DNA of 64,000 bases from Porphyromonadaceae bacterium UBA7141 (GCA_002491945.1 DKWX01000042.1:31192-95191), one strand, 5' to 3'. Positions 47,735 through 58,826 are shown, counted from the stretch's first letter. The notes: generated from the letters alone by a model not told the origin. Translations and numbers: made by a program.

Positions 47735-48706
47735 ATGGGACTATTTAACAGACTTTTCTCCCGTGAGAAGAAACAGGAGAAGCTCGACCAGGGTCTTGAA
47801 AAGACAAAACAGGGCGTATGGGAGAAAATCACCCGTGCAGTTGCCGGCAAATCCACGATTGACGATGAAGTGCTTGACAATCTCGAAGAAGTGTTCATCA
47901 CATCCGATGTAGGTGTCGACACCACTCTCGACATAATCAGGCGGATTCAGGACCGGGTGGCCCGTGACAAATATGTCTCTACTTCCGAACTCCACAATCT
48001 TCTTGCCGAAGAAGTGGCCGATATGCTGGCCCCGGTCCACAGAGACACTCCGGAACTCGGCGATTTCGAAGTGCCTGCCGACTCTAAGCCCTATGTGATT
48101 CTCGTGGTCGGCGTCAATGGAGTGGGAAAGACCACTACCATCGGCAAGCTCGCTCACCAGTATGCCATGGCCGGCAATAAGGTATTCCTCGGAGCAGCCG
48201 ACACCTATCGTGCCGCCGCAATCGAACAGCTCCAGACCTGGGGCGAACGCGCAGGTGTCACCGTAATCTGCCAGAAGATGGGTTCCGACCCAGCCGCCGT
48301 GGCTTTCGACACCATCAATGCCGCCAAGGCACAGGGTGCCGATGTGGTGATTGTCGACACTGCCGGACGCCTCCACAATAAGGTCAATCTGATGAAGGAA
48401 CTCGAAAAGGTGTCGAGAGTAATGCAACGTGTCGTGCCCGAAGCTCCGCAGGAAGTGCTGCTCGTGCTTGACGGCTCTACAGGACAGAACGCCTATGAGC
48501 AGGCGCGACAGTTCGCTTCGGTCACCAAAGTCACAGATCTGGCCGTAACCAAACTCGACGGCACGGCAAAGGGGGGGGTCGTAATCGGCATCTCCAACAA
48601 GCTTAATATCCCTATCAAATACATCGGTCTGGGTGAGAAAATCGATGACCTGCAGATATTCGAACCCAAGCAATTTGTAAAATCCCTCTTTAAGTCAAAT
48701 GGTTGA
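47735..48706 (+). CDS. ftsY: SRP receptor FtsY
   Basis: [26 protein letters not shown]. Confidence 0.96.
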   Translation: MGLFNRLFSREKKQEKLDQGLEKTKQGVWEKITRAVAGKSTIDDEVLDNLEEVFITSDVGVDTTLDIIRRIQDRVARDKYVSTSELHNLLAEEVADMLAPVHRDTPELGDFEVPADSKPYVILVVGVNGVGKTTTIGKLAHQYAMAGNKVFLGAADTYRAAAIEQLQTWGERAGVTVICQKMGSDPAAVAFDTINAAKAQGADVVIVDTAGRLHNKVNLMKELEKVSRVMQRVVPEAPQEVLLVLDGSTGQNAYEQARQFASVTKVTDLAVTKLDGTAKGGVVIGISNKLNIPIKYIGLGEKIDDLQIFEPKQFVKSLFKSNG

Positions 48707-50048
48707 TACCTCTGTACAACCTCTCTTCACCATGGGGCGGGTGGATGTAATATCCATGGGTTGCTCCAAGAATCTTGTCGACTCCGAACGCCTCTTGCGC
48801 CGGCTGCAGGCAAAAGGTTACCATACCGTCCATGACTCAGATGCCCCTTGCGGCGAATGGGTGATGGTCAACACCTGCGGATTTATCGGCGATGCCAAGG
48901 AGGAATCAATCAATCTTATTCTCCAGCTGGCCGAGGCAAAAAGCGAAGGCCGTATCGGCCATATCGCTGTAATGGGATGCCTCGCGGAGCGATATCTCGC
49001 CGAACTGACAGAGGAAATCGGCGAGGTCGACCGCTGGTATGGCAAGTTCAACTGGAATCTATTCATTGATGAGCTCCCCGACCGCTCTGTTGATACGGTT
49101 CACCCTCGCCCTTGGGAACGCAAGCTGACCACCCCCCTCTGGAGCGCATATCTCAAGATTTCGGAAGGGTGCAACCGTTTCTGTGCCTTCTGTGCGATTC
49201 CTCTTATCACAGGGCGCCATAAATCCCGCCCGCGTGCGGAAATCCTTGAGGAAGTCCGTGAGCTCGTGGCCCAGGGAGTAAAGGAATTCAATATCATCGC
49301 TCAGGACCTTTCTTCTTATGGTCTTGATCTCTCAGGGTCCTCTCAGCTGGCACAGTTGCTCGATGAGATAGCCGACATCCACGGTGTGGAATGGATTCGC
49401 CTGCATTACGCATATCCGGCCGACTTCCCGATGGATATTCTCGATGTAATGCGCCGTAGGCATAACATATGCAACTATCTTGATATCGCCCTGCAACATA
49501 TTGCCGACCCGGTGCTATCCAATATGCGTCGGCACATCGACAAGGAAGGCACTCTGCGCCTGCTTGATGAAATACGCCGGCGTGTGCCCGGGATACGCCT
49601 GCGCACCACTCTGATGACCGGATTCCCCGGCGAAGGTGAAAAGGAATTTGATGAGCTGATGGACTTTGTGCGCACCCAGAGATTCGACCGCATGGGGGCA
49701 TTCGCTTATTGTGAGGAAGACGACACATGGAGTGCACGGCATCTTGAGGATTCAATACCCGAAGATGTGAAGCAAGAGCGTCTGCAACGCCTTATGGACC
49801 TGCAGGAAGAAATATCGCTCGAACTCAATACACAGCTCATCGGACAGACTCTGCGCGTGCTCATAGAAAAAAATAATGCCGACTCCCCTGACGACTACGC
49901 CATAGGACGCACCCAATGGGACTCGCCGGAAGTCGACCCGGAAGTGCTCGTCAGAGACTGCACGGCCCGTCCCGGTGAATTTGTCGATGTAATCATCACT
50001 GCCGCCGAACCATTCGAACTTATCGGCCGACAGGTAAGCAGCGACTAA
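48699..50048 (+). CDS. rimO: Ribosomal protein S12 methylthiotransferase
   Basis: GCSKNLVDSE, NTCGFI, EGCNRFCAFC, SPEVD. Confidence 0.94.
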   Translation: MVDTSVQPLFTMGRVDVISMGCSKNLVDSERLLRRLQAKGYHTVHDSDAPCGEWVMVNTCGFIGDAKEESINLILQLAEAKSEGRIGHIAVMGCLAERYLAELTEEIGEVDRWYGKFNWNLFIDELPDRSVDTVHPRPWERKLTTPLWSAYLKISEGCNRFCAFCAIPLITGRHKSRPRAEILEEVRELVAQGVKEFNIIAQDLSSYGLDLSGSSQLAQLLDEIADIHGVEWIRLHYAYPADFPMDILDVMRRRHNICNYLDIALQHIADPVLSNMRRHIDKEGTLRLLDEIRRRVPGIRLRTTLMTGFPGEGEKEFDELMDFVRTQRFDRMGAFAYCEEDDTWSARHLEDSIPEDVKQERLQRLMDLQEEISLELNTQLIGQTLRVLIEKNNADSPDDYAIGRTQWDSPEVDPEVLVRDCTARPGEFVDVIITAAEPFELIGRQVSSD

Positions 50049-50087
50049 TAATCCTGACCCGTAATATTTCATTCCTGCCGGCTGCTT

Positions 50088-51179
50088 ATGAATCTATTCA
50101 GAATCGCATTCCCGACGTCAGGCGCTGTCTCAAATAAATTTGATGACGGACTCAGAATCATATTTTCCGGCATAGCTGAAGAGCTCACCGAGGGATTGCC
50201 CGACAACGGTTTCTTCTTCTCGCAATTCGGCATCGACGCCCCGTTATACGGCATTCCTGTGACGGCCGACATCCGGCCGGCCGACGCACATATGACCGAT
50301 GCCATCTGTGAGGCCAACGACTCCCGACTCCCTCCGCGACTCACATCCACCTCCAGGCAGACCCATCTGCGACTTGTGGAGGATATCCGCTCTTTGCTGC
50401 GGACGCTGGATGGTGATTCTCCGGTGGCACACCATAAAATAATTGCCGCCCGCGTGAGCAGTCTCCGGATGTCAGTGTCTCCGGCTGAAATATACGACCG
50501 TCTCTGCCTCGCCCACCCTCAGGCCTGCGTGTTTCTATTCTCCACAACCATGACCGGCACATGGATCGGGGCATCGCCCGAACTGCTCCTTGATGTGTCG
50601 CCACGCGGAATCCACACCGTAGCTCTGGCCGGCACAAGACCCTCCGGCACGCCGGCCGGAACACCCTGGGACAGCAAGAATATCGAGGAACAGAAGATTG
50701 TGGCGGATTTCATACTCTCCATTCTACGTGAGGAGGGGCTCGACCCGGAAATTTCCGACACCTTCACGCATCCCGCCGGAAAGATAGAACATATCTGCAA
50801 CTACATCTCCGCCTCTTTCCCCAAAGTGGAGATGCCCCCCGCATTCAGCGATAAGCAACGTCAAAAACTCGATATCCTCACCGATACTCTTATACGTCGC
50901 CTATCCCCGACCCCGGCGCTAAGCGGATTCCCGCAGCGCGAGGCCGCAGACTATATCAATGCCCATGAGGCCAATCCTCGCGGATGCTACGGTGGAGTGG
51001 TAGGGTTTCATACAGCTGAGGCTACGAAAGCCTACGTCAATCTGCGAAGCGCACGCCTTGATGTCAGCTCCCATATGGCATGGCTATATGCCGGAGGGGG
51101 AATCACACGTGATTCGATCCCAGAAGAGGAGTGGGATGAGACTTGCCGAAAGATTTCCACCATGACCGGATGCATGTAG
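50088..51179 (+). CDS. Chorismate-binding enzyme, isochorismate synthase (MenF-like)
   Basis: WIGASPELLL, ALAGT, KNIEEQ, PTPALSGFP, YVNLRS, AGGGI. Confidence 0.8.
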   Translation: MNLFRIAFPTSGAVSNKFDDGLRIIFSGIAEELTEGLPDNGFFFSQFGIDAPLYGIPVTADIRPADAHMTDAICEANDSRLPPRLTSTSRQTHLRLVEDIRSLLRTLDGDSPVAHHKIIAARVSSLRMSVSPAEIYDRLCLAHPQACVFLFSTTMTGTWIGASPELLLDVSPRGIHTVALAGTRPSGTPAGTPWDSKNIEEQKIVADFILSILREEGLDPEISDTFTHPAGKIEHICNYISASFPKVEMPPAFSDKQRQKLDILTDTLIRRLSPTPALSGFPQREAADYINAHEANPRGCYGGVVGFHTAEATKAYVNLRSARLDVSSHMAWLYAGGGITRDSIPEEEWDETCRKISTMTGCM

Positions 51180-51191
51180 CCCACCAATCCC

Positions 51192-51222
51192 TTTGCAGCT
51201 TTAAAATATTTGATTAACTTTG
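51192..51222 (+). promoter_or_regulatory. Promoter of M13 peptidase gene
   Basis: TTTG, 19 nt, TAACTTTG. Confidence 0.65.
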
Positions 51223-51413
51223 CAATCAGACGTTTTAATCCGACTGGCCTGTATAGCACAGGTTCTCTCTCCCACTCGGCCGCGATATCGCCTCACCTCA
51301 ACGCAGCCCTTGCCTACCCCCCTCCTACTCCCGCAGTGACGGCACAGGCATAACCCTCAAAAGGCCCAAACGGAATCAATCTTCGATTAAGAACCTTTAA
51401 ACAATACAACTTA

Positions 51414-53447
51414 ATGAAAAGTATTCTACTGCTTTCTGCTCTCGCAGCTGTCAGCATGACAGCATCAGCAGAACATCTCAAAAGCATCACTGCCGATGAG
51501 ATTGACAACAGTATCCCCGCAAAAGAGGATTTCTACCGTCATGTCAACCAGCGCTGGATGGATGCGAACCCCCTCACTCCTGAACACGCCCGCTATGGAA
51601 AGTTCAACATCCTCGATGATTCGAGCAAGAACAGAGTGCGACGCATCGTGACCAATCTGGCTTCCACCAACCCTCAGAAGGGCACCGTGGCCTACAAGAT
51701 CGCAGCTCTTTATGAGACTGCCATGGATTCCGTGCGCCGCAACAAGCTCGGCGCACAGCCGGTGCAGGCGCAGCTTCGCAAAATCGATTCGGCCACTCCT
51801 GAGCAGATGGACGATCTATTCCTCTGGATGCACAAGGAATACGGCGCTCCGCTCGTAGGCATCGGAATCCAGGAAGACCTCAACAACTCCTCGCAGTATG
51901 CCATGTATATCGGTTCAACAGGTCTCGGGATGGGCGACCGCGACTATTATCTTAAGACCGATGCCGACAACTCAAAGGTGCGCAAGGCATATACCAACCT
52001 CATCCGCAAGCAGATGCAGCTCGCCGGCTTCTCCAAAAAAGACGCTTCGCGAATCGCATCCAACGTACTGAAAGTGGAGACTCTGCTCGCTGACTCCACA
52101 TGGACACGCGAACAGACACGCAATCTCAACGCCATGAACAATGTGCGTTCGCTCGAATGGGTGAAGCAGAATTACCCGGCATTCCCCTGGGATCGTTTCT
52201 TTGTCGAAACCATGGGAATCGAGACTCCGAAGCAGTTTATCGTAACCGAGATGAACACTGTCGGCCAGGCCAACAAGCTCTACAGCTCTCTCTCCCCCCG
52301 CGAACTCAAGGACTACTATCTCTGGGAATTCCTGAGCGGGGCTTCGGGCGCACTGAGCGACGACTTCACCAATGCCAACTTTGAATTCAACAAGGTAATC
52401 AGCGGCGTGCAGAAAATGCAGCCGCGCTGGAAGCGTTCGCTTGGCGCGGTGGAAAGCAAACTCGGCGAGGCTGTAGGCCAGCTCTATGTAGAAGAGTATT
52501 TCCCTGAATCCTCTAAAGTATATATGGAGGGGCTGGTGGAGAATCTTCGCACTGCTCTCGGCAAACATATCATCAATCTCCCATGGATGAGCGACGACAC
52601 GAAGCTCAATGCCATCAAGAAGCTCAACGCCATCACTGTCAAAATCGGATATCCCGACAACTGGAAGGATTATTCTACTCTTGAAATCGACCCCGAGCTC
52701 TCTTACTACGACAATATCCACAACGCCACTATGTGGCAGGTCAACGACCACCTTCAGAAATGGGGCAAACCCGTCGACCGTTCCGAATGGGGCATGACTC
52801 CGCAGACAATCAATGCCTACTACAACCCGCTCAACAATGAAATCGTATTCCCGGCCGGCATTCTTCAGGCTCCCTTCTTCGATCCCGATGCAAGCGATGC
52901 TGAAAACTATGGCGGCATCGGCGTGGTAATCGGGCATGAGCTTACTCACGGATTCGACGACCAGGGTTGCAATTTCGACGCAGCCGGCAATATGGTCAAC
53001 TGGTGGACTTCCGAGGACGCCGAGGCTTTTGCTTCGATGACACAGGGGCTGGCCGACCAGTTCAATCAGGTTGAAGTGCTCCCGGGTCTGATGGCCAACG
53101 GACAGTACACTTTGGGTGAGAATATCGCCGACCAGGGCGGCCTACGCGTGGCTATGACTGCATTCCTTGACTCTCAGAAGAAAAAAGGTGTCGATGTGAA
53201 TTCGGAAGAGGCCAAAATCGACGGATTCGATCCGATTCAGGTTTTCTACATGAACTATGCTAACCTTTGGGGTCAGAACATACGTGAAGCCGAGATGCGC
53301 AATCTCACCATCAGCGATGTGCACTCTCTTGGCAAAAACCGCGTGAATGTGTCGCTCAAGAATATCGCACCATTCTTCAAAGCATTCGGCATCACAGAGG
53401 GCGACCCGATGTTCCGCCCGGAGTCTGAACGCATCATCATCTGGTAA
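51414..53447 (+). CDS. pepO: M13 metalloendopeptidase (PepO/neprilysin-like)
   Basis: NAYY, GHELTHGFD, GENIAD, signal peptide. Confidence 0.92.
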   Translation: MKSILLLSALAAVSMTASAEHLKSITADEIDNSIPAKEDFYRHVNQRWMDANPLTPEHARYGKFNILDDSSKNRVRRIVTNLASTNPQKGTVAYKIAALYETAMDSVRRNKLGAQPVQAQLRKIDSATPEQMDDLFLWMHKEYGAPLVGIGIQEDLNNSSQYAMYIGSTGLGMGDRDYYLKTDADNSKVRKAYTNLIRKQMQLAGFSKKDASRIASNVLKVETLLADSTWTREQTRNLNAMNNVRSLEWVKQNYPAFPWDRFFVETMGIETPKQFIVTEMNTVGQANKLYSSLSPRELKDYYLWEFLSGASGALSDDFTNANFEFNKVISGVQKMQPRWKRSLGAVESKLGEAVGQLYVEEYFPESSKVYMEGLVENLRTALGKHIINLPWMSDDTKLNAIKKLNAITVKIGYPDNWKDYSTLEIDPELSYYDNIHNATMWQVNDHLQKWGKPVDRSEWGMTPQTINAYYNPLNNEIVFPAGILQAPFFDPDASDAENYGGIGVVIGHELTHGFDDQGCNFDAAGNMVNWWTSEDAEAFASMTQGLADQFNQVEVLPGLMANGQYTLGENIADQGGLRVAMTAFLDSQKKKGVDVNSEEAKIDGFDPIQVFYMNYANLWGQNIREAEMRNLTISDVHSLGKNRVNVSLKNIAPFFKAFGITEGDPMFRPESERIIIW

Positions 53448-53506
53448 ACCGACACTTTTCAGCTACCGACAATAATCTACGGCTACTTTAGCCAATCAAA
53501 TGCCAG

Positions 53507-53536
53507 TCAGGCCATCCGGAAATCCGGATGGCCTGA
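53507..53536. terminator. Terminator hairpin between convergent genes
   Basis: TCAGGCCATCCGGA-aa-TCCGGATGGCCTGA. Confidence 0.8.
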
Positions 53537-53634
53537 ATTCATTTCTTATGCCGGGTCTGTTGTCACGGCCGAAGCATCACGGCGGAAACGAATAAAGAGT
53601 ACATGCAACCACACCTCCGGGGCGATATCTTGAA

Positions 53635-55884
53635 TCATATACGATAGCTCACCGAGAGGATATGAAGCATATCGATTGCCTCCTCGTCCGCCATCAGCGT
53701 AACCCTGTGAAACCGGAATCCCTCAGGATGAAGTCCGCGCAGAGGGGAATAGCCTTCTGCCACACATATCCATTCCGTCATATCATCACTCCCCTCCACA
53801 CGCACATGCGCTGCCGCAGTAACTGCCACGCCACATATCCGCTTCTTTCCAAATGGATTGCCCAACTTCAAGGGGCGAGTCTGCATCATACTCAATCCGG
53901 CCGACTGCCCAACCACGGCAGTTTCACTGTATCCTTCAGAATCGATGCCATTGTCATCTTGCCGCCATGCCACGCTCAGCCGACACAACGATGCCGCGGC
54001 ATCGCCAGTGGTATAGAGCACTCCGCAATCCGACATAATCTCAGCCCCGACTGATACCGGTGCCCCGGCGACTTCATGCCAGGTACGCCCCGCAGTGTCG
54101 AATGCAATCCATCTTCCCTGCGGTGTGGCAATCAGCAGCGATGCCGACCGACCGTCATACAGCATCCGCGACACAGCGATGCCACCCTTCTCCACATCCG
54201 CTGCAACGGAGTCTATGCCATATGACGTCACCGTTCCCGACAATGAGAGGAAACATAATCTTCCATCGGCCACAAACCAGATTCCCGACTCTGACTCCGC
54301 AGTAAGCGGAGCTCCTGTATGCCGCGATGCCCCCACGCAGGAGGCCAACACAAAACGACTGATCAGCCGCGCATTATGGTAGCCCCCGTCGCCGCCTGAC
54401 GTGGCCTGGCGTATGCCGTCGGCACAGAATACATACAGCGCATGCCGCGACTCGGCCGCGACTCCCTTCCTCAATGTAGCCTGCGTCGCGGCCAGAAGAG
54501 GAGCATCGGCTATACGGTCGCGATGACGGTATACCACTCCGTTCTCTTTCATCGGAGTGAGCAGCGTGCCGCCATCGTACAAGAGCACCCCCTCGTCGGT
54601 AAGCGCCCCGCCAACGGCCCTGACCGGAAGAAAATCAGTGAAATCCGGATGCCACTCACCCGCGGCGGCATCTGGATGCCGTAATGCGGCGATTCCGCCA
54701 GTCACCCCCTGCGTGCCTACATCAAGACTCTTCCGCATGGCAGTTACAGATGCCAGCCGTGCAGCCATCGCCGCGCGACTGCACGAGGCAAACCTGAAGG
54801 CGGTGCCGGATGTGCCTGCAGGGAGGCGCGTAAGCGATATGACGCGGGTGACGGGATTGCCCCGTGAATCGAAAGCCGTGCGCCATTCCTGTTCGGGAGT
54901 GAGATAAAATGTCAGATGCGGGAATACAGAAGTCCATGCACGCTGCATGATGGAATACGAATAACTTACCCTCAGCGATACAGGCCGCAACGAAAATTCC
55001 AGTCCGAGCGCGAGCGTGCTGCCGCGCAGCGCCCATGATGCCACTCTCGCATAGGGAGGTTCGTAATCAATCCCGCAATCCTGCGGCTGTGCCGGGAGTG
55101 CCGTGCCGAAGGCAGCCCCCATACGGCATGGAGCAAGCCACATGCCCGCACAACGCGCCGCCGACATATATAGGTCGATTTCACCGCCAACCGCCTCATA
55201 TATTCGCTCCCGCACACTCTCTTCCACACTATTGGAATCGCCGGCCGACAGCCATGCGGCAACCCCGTCTGCGGTAACTTCGAGTCCGTCAAGACTCACA
55301 TCCACACTTATATCCGGCATATTGCCGGCCATACGCACGTAGCCGTCGAGTATTCCGGCCTCGGCAGTGATACTTACAGCCGGAGCCTCCGGGAGGGAGT
55401 CAAGCCATCTGTAATCATCAGCGACGGCGTCATACACGAGCCATCCCAAACCTTCGCTTCCGGCCAGCACCACCATCCCGCGCCATGGCCAGGCTCCGGC
55501 CAGCCGGCCAAGACGTGAAGGCCATATGGCAATATTGCGGCAGCTCCCGGTCCCATCCATCCGCCGCCAGCACAATGCCCCGTTGGCCTGCATGGCTATG
55601 ATATGCCGCACACCGGCCGACGTGTCGGGCCGATGCAGCGTCAACAGCCGGCACCCTGGAGGAAGAGCCACACCATTTTCCGGAATCAGACCTACTTCAC
55701 ATATCTTCGACACATCCCCCTTTGACGGGGCCGATGCGTCAGGATTACCCGAGTCTGGCGACCCACTGTCAGGCTCAAGCCACTCCACATTGCAGAAATC
55801 AGCCACTTCTCCGTCGCGACAGGTGAGGTCAGATCTCCGCGAGGGGCGCACCAGATCAATCATCACATCCTTGCGTCTCTTCAT
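53635..55884 (-). CDS. Hypothetical 749-aa protein, possibly derived from a phage structural protein
   Basis: Long intact ORF, no signal peptide, upstream TAGATTCG box (55912-55905). N-terminal SDLTCRDGEV and C-terminal TRPLKLG...GSDD...FRFHRV motifs. Confidence 0.6.
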   Translation of the reverse strand: MKRRKDVMIDLVRPSRRSDLTCRDGEVADFCNVEWLEPDSGSPDSGNPDASAPSKGDVSKICEVGLIPENGVALPPGCRLLTLHRPDTSAGVRHIIAMQANGALCWRRMDGTGSCRNIAIWPSRLGRLAGAWPWRGMVVLAGSEGLGWLVYDAVADDYRWLDSLPEAPAVSITAEAGILDGYVRMAGNMPDISVDVSLDGLEVTADGVAAWLSAGDSNSVEESVRERIYEAVGGEIDLYMSAARCAGMWLAPCRMGAAFGTALPAQPQDCGIDYEPPYARVASWALRGSTLALGLEFSLRPVSLRVSYSYSIMQRAWTSVFPHLTFYLTPEQEWRTAFDSRGNPVTRVISLTRLPAGTSGTAFRFASCSRAAMAARLASVTAMRKSLDVGTQGVTGGIAALRHPDAAAGEWHPDFTDFLPVRAVGGALTDEGVLLYDGGTLLTPMKENGVVYRHRDRIADAPLLAATQATLRKGVAAESRHALYVFCADGIRQATSGGDGGYHNARLISRFVLASCVGASRHTGAPLTAESESGIWFVADGRLCFLSLSGTVTSYGIDSVAADVEKGGIAVSRMLYDGRSASLLIATPQGRWIAFDTAGRTWHEVAGAPVSVGAEIMSDCGVLYTTGDAAASLCRLSVAWRQDDNGIDSEGYSETAVVGQSAGLSMMQTRPLKLGNPFGKKRICGVAVTAAAHVRVEGSDDMTEWICVAEGYSPLRGLHPEGFRFHRVTLMADEEAIDMLHILSVSYRI

Positions 55885-56116
55885 ACTACACCGTTTTTTA
55901 GATGCGAATCTACACTTTGCAGCGCATAAGCATAAGATATCTGTTGATTTTTCACAGAAAAGAGATGAAGATTATCCCCTTTTATTTTCAGTTTAAGGAG
56001 GGATTTATTAATTTTGCAGTGTATTTGCACGACATCTACGGTCATCCGTCTTTCCGACACGCAGTCATGTCGTCCGCAATACATTGGCTAATAATTAACT
56101 ATCACGTCCGATTAAT

Positions 56117-56944
56117 ATGGCATTCAAAATAGAGGGACTTCTTGAGCGCATCGGCCTCAATAGCCGCACTCCCCGTCTGGGGATAGCTTTCAGCGGGGGG
56201 GGAGCCAAGGGGTTCACGCATATCGGTGCCATGATGGCCTTTGAGACATTCGGCATGAAGCCCGACATCGTCTCTGGCGTCTCGGCCGGCTCTATCGCCT
56301 GCACTCTATATGCCGCCGGACTCACACCCAACGATATGATGGCATGCTTCGAAGAGTATGACTCGTTCGGCGCATTCGCCGAGGTGACTCTTCCGAAGTC
56401 AGGGTTCTTCAAAATGGACCGGTTCGCAAAACTGCTCGACAGCTGGCTCCCGGTGAAGAATCTCGAGGAACTCTCGATTCCAACCGTAGTATGCGCCACC
56501 GATATCGATGCCGGGAAGTCTGTCGGATGGTCGAAGGGGGCTATAGTGCCCCGGGTAATAGCATCTTGCAGCATACCCATCATTTTTCATCCCGTAAGAA
56601 TCAACGGTGTCAATTACGTCGACGGGGGTGTATTGCGGAATCTTCCGGCCTGGGCGATCCGCAAGCACTGTCATACGCTATACGGACTCAATTGCGCCCC
56701 TCTCGACCGCGACTATCACTACAAGGGAACTCTGCTCGACATCACAATGCGCACCTACAGCCTGATGTCGAAATCAAACACACTTCAGGATCTGGAACTG
56801 TGCGACTACGTGGTGCGCTCTCCGGGCACACGTTTCGGCACTTTCGACCTCTCCGCCCTGCGCGAAGCCGTAAGGGTGGGATACGATGCCACATGCAAGG
56901 TAATCGAGGAGGCTCTCGAAAAACCTAACCGAAAGAAAAACTGA
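56117..56944 (+). CDS. Patatin-like phospholipase
   Basis: GGGAKG, GVSAG, DGG. TAATTTTG box at 56009-56016. Confidence 0.92.
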   Translation: MAFKIEGLLERIGLNSRTPRLGIAFSGGGAKGFTHIGAMMAFETFGMKPDIVSGVSAGSIACTLYAAGLTPNDMMACFEEYDSFGAFAEVTLPKSGFFKMDRFAKLLDSWLPVKNLEELSIPTVVCATDIDAGKSVGWSKGAIVPRVIASCSIPIIFHPVRINGVNYVDGGVLRNLPAWAIRKHCHTLYGLNCAPLDRDYHYKGTLLDITMRTYSLMSKSNTLQDLELCDYVVRSPGTRFGTFDLSALREAVRVGYDATCKVIEEALEKPNRKKN

Positions 56945-56948
56945 ACTG

Positions 56949-58790
56949 ATGAACGACTCATTACATAAAGATATTGAAATTGGCCGTGGCAAGGAGCGTC
57001 CGGTAATCTACCAGACTTTCCCCCGCATATTTACAAATACCAATTCCAACAATCGTTTTGCCGGCACGCTCGACGACAATGGGTCTGGCCGACTTGCCGA
57101 CTATACGCCCACCCTTCTGAATTCGCTGAAGGAAATGGGCGTCAACTGTATCTGGCTCACTGGAGTCATCGAACACGCCACTAAATCGGATTTCTCCAGA
57201 TGGGGAATACCCGCCGACAATCCGAATGTGGTCAAGGGGGAGGCCGGCTCTCCTTATGCAATTAAGGATTATTACGATATTGACCCGGCTATCGCCGTCG
57301 ACCCCGAACGCCGTATGGAGGAGTTTGAAGACTGCGTGAAGCGTATACATAATGCCGGGATGAAGGTGCTCATTGATTTCGTACCCAACCACACGGCCCG
57401 CCAATACCATTCAGATGTGGCTCCGGCGGGAATCCGTGACTTCGGTGCCGATGACGACACAACGATGCACTTCCTCGCCTCCAACAACTACTATTACGCC
57501 ACCAACCAGCAGTTTGCTCCCGGATTCGATATCGCGGCGCCGGGCACTCGGCCTTATGTGGAATTTCCTGCGAAGGCCACCGGCAACGACTGTTTTTCCC
57601 CTTTCTGCAGCCGCAATGACTGGTATGAGACCGTAAAACTCAACTACGGCCATGACTTCGACAACAATACCGACCATTTCGATCCTCTGCCCAACACTTG
57701 GCTAAAGATGCTGCATATACTCCGGTTCTGGGCCTCTAAGGGTATCGACGGATTCCGTTGCGACATGGTATTCATGGTGCCTCTTCCTTTCTGGCACTGG
57801 GCTATTCCTCAGGTGAAGCAGGATTATCCCGACGTGGTATTTATCGGCGAAATCTATGATGTGGGTCTTTACCGCCCATTCCTCGGATACGGATGTTTCG
57901 ACTATCTCTACGATAAAGTAAACCTCTACGACAAACTGGTGGGCATCGAACGCTGGAACTATTCGGCTGCCCAGCTTACGTCGGCATGGCAGACTGTAGA
58001 CGGTATCGGCGACAGGATGCTCAACTTCCTCGAAAATCATGATGAGGTGCGCTTCGGATCGGTGGAATTCGCAGGCGACCCGACACGCGTAGTGCCACAT
58101 CTCGTGGTCAGCTCCATGATTTCATCCGGACCAGTCATGATATATTACGGCCAGGAATTAGGAGAGTCGGCCCGCGAGAACGAGGGATTTGCTGGATATA
58201 ACAACCGCTCCACAATCTTCGACTACTGGAGCTACGACACGATGCGCCGATGGTATGACAACGGAAAATGCCACACCAGCAAGCTCAATGCGCATGAGAA
58301 ATGGCTTAGAAATCTGTATGCCCGGGTGCTCAATCTTATCAATGAGCGTCAGGCTCTGCGCCAAGGCGCGTTCTTCGACCTGATGTATGCAAATCTCGGA
58401 CACGAAGGATTCGACCCTCACCATTGTTTCTGCTTCCTGCGCCATTCGGACGAGGAGGCGATGCTGATATGTGTCAACTTCGCAGATAATGATGTCGACC
58501 TGACATTACGCATTCCTGAACTTGCATTCGACATGGCTCGTCTGCATGAGGGCAATATCTCCACCCGCGACCTTCTTTGGGAGCGTCCCGCCTCTCTGCT
58601 ACTCTCCCGCACCGAACCGATGCGACTGCGCATTCCTGCCCGCAACGCCGCCATACTCCCGCTGCGGGGAGAGGCTGTCGCCATCAAGCCGCTGCGCGAT
58701 GCTCAATCAGCCCCGGCTTCCCGCATTCTCTCTCCGGATTCCGGCACACATGACGGAGTGCACGCTTCTCCGGCTGTTTCCCGACAATGA
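56949..58790 (+). CDS. GH13 alpha-amylase family glycoside hydrolase (cytoplasmic)
   Basis: DFVPNH, GFRCDMV, IGEIY, FLENHDE. Confidence 0.9.
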   Translation: MNDSLHKDIEIGRGKERPVIYQTFPRIFTNTNSNNRFAGTLDDNGSGRLADYTPTLLNSLKEMGVNCIWLTGVIEHATKSDFSRWGIPADNPNVVKGEAGSPYAIKDYYDIDPAIAVDPERRMEEFEDCVKRIHNAGMKVLIDFVPNHTARQYHSDVAPAGIRDFGADDDTTMHFLASNNYYYATNQQFAPGFDIAAPGTRPYVEFPAKATGNDCFSPFCSRNDWYETVKLNYGHDFDNNTDHFDPLPNTWLKMLHILRFWASKGIDGFRCDMVFMVPLPFWHWAIPQVKQDYPDVVFIGEIYDVGLYRPFLGYGCFDYLYDKVNLYDKLVGIERWNYSAAQLTSAWQTVDGIGDRMLNFLENHDEVRFGSVEFAGDPTRVVPHLVVSSMISSGPVMIYYGQELGESARENEGFAGYNNRSTIFDYWSYDTMRRWYDNGKCHTSKLNAHEKWLRNLYARVLNLINERQALRQGAFFDLMYANLGHEGFDPHHCFCFLRHSDEEAMLICVNFADNDVDLTLRIPELAFDMARLHEGNISTRDLLWERPASLLLSRTEPMRLRIPARNAAILPLRGEAVAIKPLRDAQSAPASRILSPDSGTHDGVHASPAVSRQ

Positions 58791-58826
58791 TAAGAATTTT
58801 TCATCATCATATTTTTTTCTTTGATT

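Noticed and set aside
47741-48673. 310-aa minus-strand ORF
   Set aside because: Antisense shadow of ftsY
51972-52949. 325-aa minus-strand ORF
   Set aside because: Antisense shadow of the M13 peptidase, explained by codon bias
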